This document shows positions 35,216-38,516 of a stretch of DNA of 38,516 bases, piece by piece (positions within the stretch are counted from its first letter, which is position 1; the number at the start of each line of letters is the position of its first letter). Origin of the DNA: Mesotaenium endlicherianum (Eukaryota). Under the pieces are notes generated by a model that was not told where the DNA came from, did no database searches, and saw nothing but the letters and a program-made list of their open reading frames with translations. Position numbers and translations under genes: made by a program. The stretch is from contig WELA01002258.1 of the NCBI GenBank assembly GCA_009602735.1, positions 713,546 to 752,061 of the forward strand. The letters are read 5' to 3'.

Positions 35216-35629
35216 ACTAGATAGCTCGAAGGTCCCTATATGGACCAACTGTCACTTTCTGGACCAACTACTTGGCCCTCTAGTATGTGCTCGGAATTTC
35301 TTACTACTTATTTGTTTTTTGTGAAATTATTCTCAAACGATAGCTTATGTCGCAAGGATCTGGCATTAAATCAAGAGGTCAAAACAACCAAGTATGGGGC
35401 CGGGGAGGTGAAACGGGCCAATTCGAAATTTTAGTTTCTTCGAACAGAAGGTCCTCTTTCGCGATTGAAACTGATGTCTTTTTCTTGCAGTTCTTTGCTA
35501 ACTTCCGCCATGGCCGATGTAGAAAGCTCGCGCGACTCTCTTTTAGGGGCTAGGATACTAGTTTTGACTGTAACCTTTGGCCATACGTAAGCGTAAGATA
35601 AATTTGGAGATAATTGTGAGGAGTTTTAC

Positions 35630-36375
35630 TTGTCGAGAGATGTGATAAAGACAGGTGAGGGTAAAAGAGGGCAAGAGCACCATTATGTTGTCTTCTTTGC
35701 TTTTGACAAGACTAAACCAAAGTACACTCAAGCGTTGGCTGAATCAAACCTTAGAGATGATGAAGATGAATTTGAAGAGGTTAATTTGGGCATTTACAAG
35801 AGGAAAACAGTAGCTTCTTAACCAAATTCACAACCGGATTTTTTGGAGTTGTTCAGAGAGTCACAAAGAGCTATTCTCGACACACAATTAGTGATGAACA
35901 GCAGGTTACACCTTCTAGCATGCTAGAGAGTCAAACCGGGTCTGAGAGAGAGACCTTCAAGAAAAACAATATTGTAGCTCTTGTACAGAGGAATAAGTTC
36001 ATGTCTGATGCTTTTAGAGCTAGCAGGAAAGAGAAGGGCAAGCAGGTACAGTTAGACTCTGATGATGAAGAAGTTGGTGGTTGAAGCTCTAATGGAGAGA
36101 GCTCGGAGGAGGAGGATCTGCCAATAGCTGCAAGCTTGGAGGAGGTGGAGGAGGAGGAGCAAGAAGATTCCGAAGATGAAGATGTGCCACCTGTCTAGGA
36201 CTGGCAACCTGCTGCTCCTAAAGAGACCTATAACGAGGTCCTACTAAAGACAAGTAAGAAACAACACCACGAATTGCAGAGAATCTCTGACAGGAGATTC
36301 AAGGCCTTGTCTCCCCTTGGAGTCTTTTGCCTGCTCATGCCAATCTGGTTCTTTGAGCAGCTTGTAGTAGAGACT
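35630..36375 (+). pseudogene. piggyBac-like transposase N-terminal fragment
   Basis: Acidic D/E-rich stretch followed by SPLGVFCLLMPIWFFEQLVVET (36310-36375), resembling the start of the piggyBac transposase domain (xPxxxFxLxxxxxxxxxIVxETN); cut by the LTR at 36375. Confidence 0.55.
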
Positions 36376-37094
36376 GTAATGAATCAGTATATTAGTAGAT
36401 ATAATGTTCATTTAAATATAATAGTTAATTGAGTTCAGCCTGCTGAACTCTAGTTAATAATCGGTCTGCTGAACTTTATATTTAATAGCAATTTAATGAC
36501 TCAGCCGGAAGCAGCAGGCTGAAGTCAACTTAAGTCAGCTTGCTGACACATTCTTTGACAGCCGGTTGACTTCCGTACTTGGTAGCAGCGAATTGCCTCG
36601 ATATGCATCAAAGTGTGATATGCTAGATGAATGGCCAGATGACATCCCTATGATGGATGGCGATTTGGGATGATGGGAGATGGCGGTGGATTTGGTTAAC
36701 CGAGGTCCTACCAACGTGGTTAACTCCCGGGTAGGCGGTGCCATCGCATTGGCCGTTGAACAGCAATCTCATTCCATGTACATATGCTAGGCATTGCTCT
36801 CGAGTTGGGCATTCGGAAACGAGGCCAACTCTCTTGTACAGCATACTAAGAGAGATCTGAATTCAAGGCGAGAAGCTATTGATACAGACTGTCTTCTAGC
36901 CTTGCTTATGTATGAGTTTACTGATTGCATTATTGATGCTAGTTTACTCGCATTTGACTCACGAGTATTATTCACTGCTAGTGTGTTGTCCTTTGCCGTT
37001 TAACCAATTAACGGAAAATACCATAAAGATTACTTGCTGATGTAAAGATCTTTATTTATTGTTAATCGCCTGTTTGGTAAGGCGATTCATTTCA
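36375..37094 (+). repeat. 5' LTR (720 bp) of a gypsy-like element
   Basis: TGTAATGAATC...GATTCATTTCA terminal inverted repeat (10/11 match); 3' part is similar to 33340-33414. Confidence 0.85.
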
Positions 37095-37095
37095 A

Positions 37096-37107
37096 TGGTA
37101 TCAGAGC
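37096..37107 (+). promoter_or_regulatory. tRNA-iMet primer binding site
   Basis: TGGTATCAGAGC one base after the LTR-terminal CA. Confidence 0.92.
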
Positions 37108-37168
37108 AGTTATCACAGTCTTCTTTGTATGGTAAGGACAAGGTCTCAAACTAGCAACTCCCGGAGAC

Positions 37169-37389
37169 ATGGAGAATCAGGATAACGAGAATGTCAAAAA
37201 CCAGGCGGAAAGTCATGTAGCGGGAACCCGTACCTATTCTGAAGCAGTGGCAGATACTGCAGCTAGGGAGGCTGCAGATGAGGCAGCTGCTATTGCCACA
37301 GTCGCAGCACAGCAAGCTGAGGAGGAGAGAGCCAGATTAGAAGCTGAACAATTAGCAAAGGCCGCTGAAGATACAGAAAGGAGGGAAGT
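37169..37389 (+). pseudogene. 5' fragment of gag (MENQDNE..., related to MEGQDNE at 33488), truncated by a nested LTR
   Basis: ATG shortly after the PBS; leader similar to 33440-33500. Confidence 0.7.
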
Positions 37390-37892
37390 TGTAGTGAAAC
37401 ACATAGATAAAGTACTTAGTAAAACAGAATACTTTATCTATTCAAGACAAGGATCTTTGAACACAAGTGGTAGCTTCTTGAAAGAGAGATGGCTTCTTGA
37501 AAGTTAATATATTTATGGATTTTGGCAAGTACAAGAGTGATTCTGGAATGTCTTTCTATGTTCTAGCTCTTGTTTATATACTTGCTACATAAGTAATTTC
37601 TAGGAAGGTGTATGTTGATGTGTTGGCACCCAACACATCCCAAAACTTGCCACCTCTTTCTAGAATAATGTACACATGTCCTTTTGACCTAAAAATGGCA
37701 CATCTGACTTTTGCCACATGGAGTTCTTCTAGGTCTTTCCTCTAACTTCGAAAATGCCTTGGAAGGTTCAAAGGACATGAACCAAGTTACTAGAGTACCT
37801 ATTCACACTTGACTCCACACAATACTACTCCAAATATATTTGAAAACATTAAAATATATGCAAACTAATATATAATAACTCAAATCACTACA
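37390..37892 (-). repeat. 3' LTR (503 bp) of a minus-strand LTR element continuing beyond the window
   Basis: TGTAGTGA...TCACTACA 8-bp inverted termini; CCCCCCC at 37896-37902 is a minus-strand PPT adjacent to the LTR. Confidence 0.82.
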
Positions 37893-37929
37893 TCACCCCC
37901 CCGATAGAAAAAGCGACGTCTCGGCGCGT

Positions 37930-38058
37930 CAAGTCAGGTCTTACACATGTGGAGCAAACTAGTCAACAGTTTCAAGTCAGATGCCACACATGTAAAGAGG
38001 ACTAGTCAAAGGCGCCAAGTCAGGTGCTACACATGTAAGGTAGACTAGGCAAGGTCGT
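37930..38058. repeat. Three imperfect 43-bp tandem repeats in the 3' internal region of the LTR element
   Basis: CAAGTCAG..ACACATGT..ACTAG units starting at 37930, 37973 and 38016. Confidence 0.8.
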
Positions 38059-38516
38059 AGGTGGTGTGACCTTATTGGCTAGCCTACTCCTTAATGATAA
38101 AGAAAATTGTACAAGTTGGCCCAGAATCTGCCACGAACTCAAAAATTCATAGCGGCCACAGAACTGCTCCAAATCTGAAAATTCGAGTGCCAAACGGACC
38201 GCGTCAAAAAACTCTACCGGGTCACCAAATTTGAGAGCATTCTCATTTCTGGAGTGTCGTTGAGAGCTGAGAGAGTAGGCACTCCTCCAAATCTGTGCAG
38301 AAACTTCTGAAAATCATAAGTCCTTCTATACTTCTCCAAATTCTGCAAACTAAGTCTCAAACTGGGCGCTGTAAAATGTTCNTATATTCTACCAGATACT
38401 TGAGTTTCAGAGCATTCCAAGTTCAGGGGAAGGCACAATGTCAGAAGGCATATTCTGTCCTAACAATGCCAGCAGCCTGACCCCCTTCTACTTAGAGCAT
38501 CATATCTCTCTCACCA

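Noticed and set aside
37930..38058. CRISPR-like array
   Set aside because: Eukaryotic context, imperfect tandem units without unique spacers, no cas genes.

Overview
Eukaryotic, intron-rich window, probably from a streptophyte alga (inferred from the RLK/Pelle-type kinase, GC-rich introns with CAG/CA runs, and the TE families). Left part (minus strand, ~4.1-19.0 kb): a multi-exon receptor-like kinase with five tandem malectin-like pairs (10 malectin folds), one transmembrane helix and an RD Ser/Thr kinase. It is interrupted by assembly gaps and one probably artefactual 1.05-kb duplication. Centre (21270-32796, plus strand): a decayed Ty3/gypsy-type retrotransposon whose polyprotein reads gag (2x CCHC), aspartic protease, a DNMT3-like C5 cytosine methyltransferase, a ~580-aa unknown region, RT, RNase H, DDE integrase and a PHD finger. 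Instead of two ordinary LTRs it has a split-direct-repeat layout, A-[coding]-PPT-B-A'-B', with TG..CA ends and a CTCA 4-bp flanking duplication. Right end: a nested stack of degenerate gypsy elements and LTRs plus a piggyBac-like transposase fragment. Left end: TE remnants, including a second decayed PHD finger.
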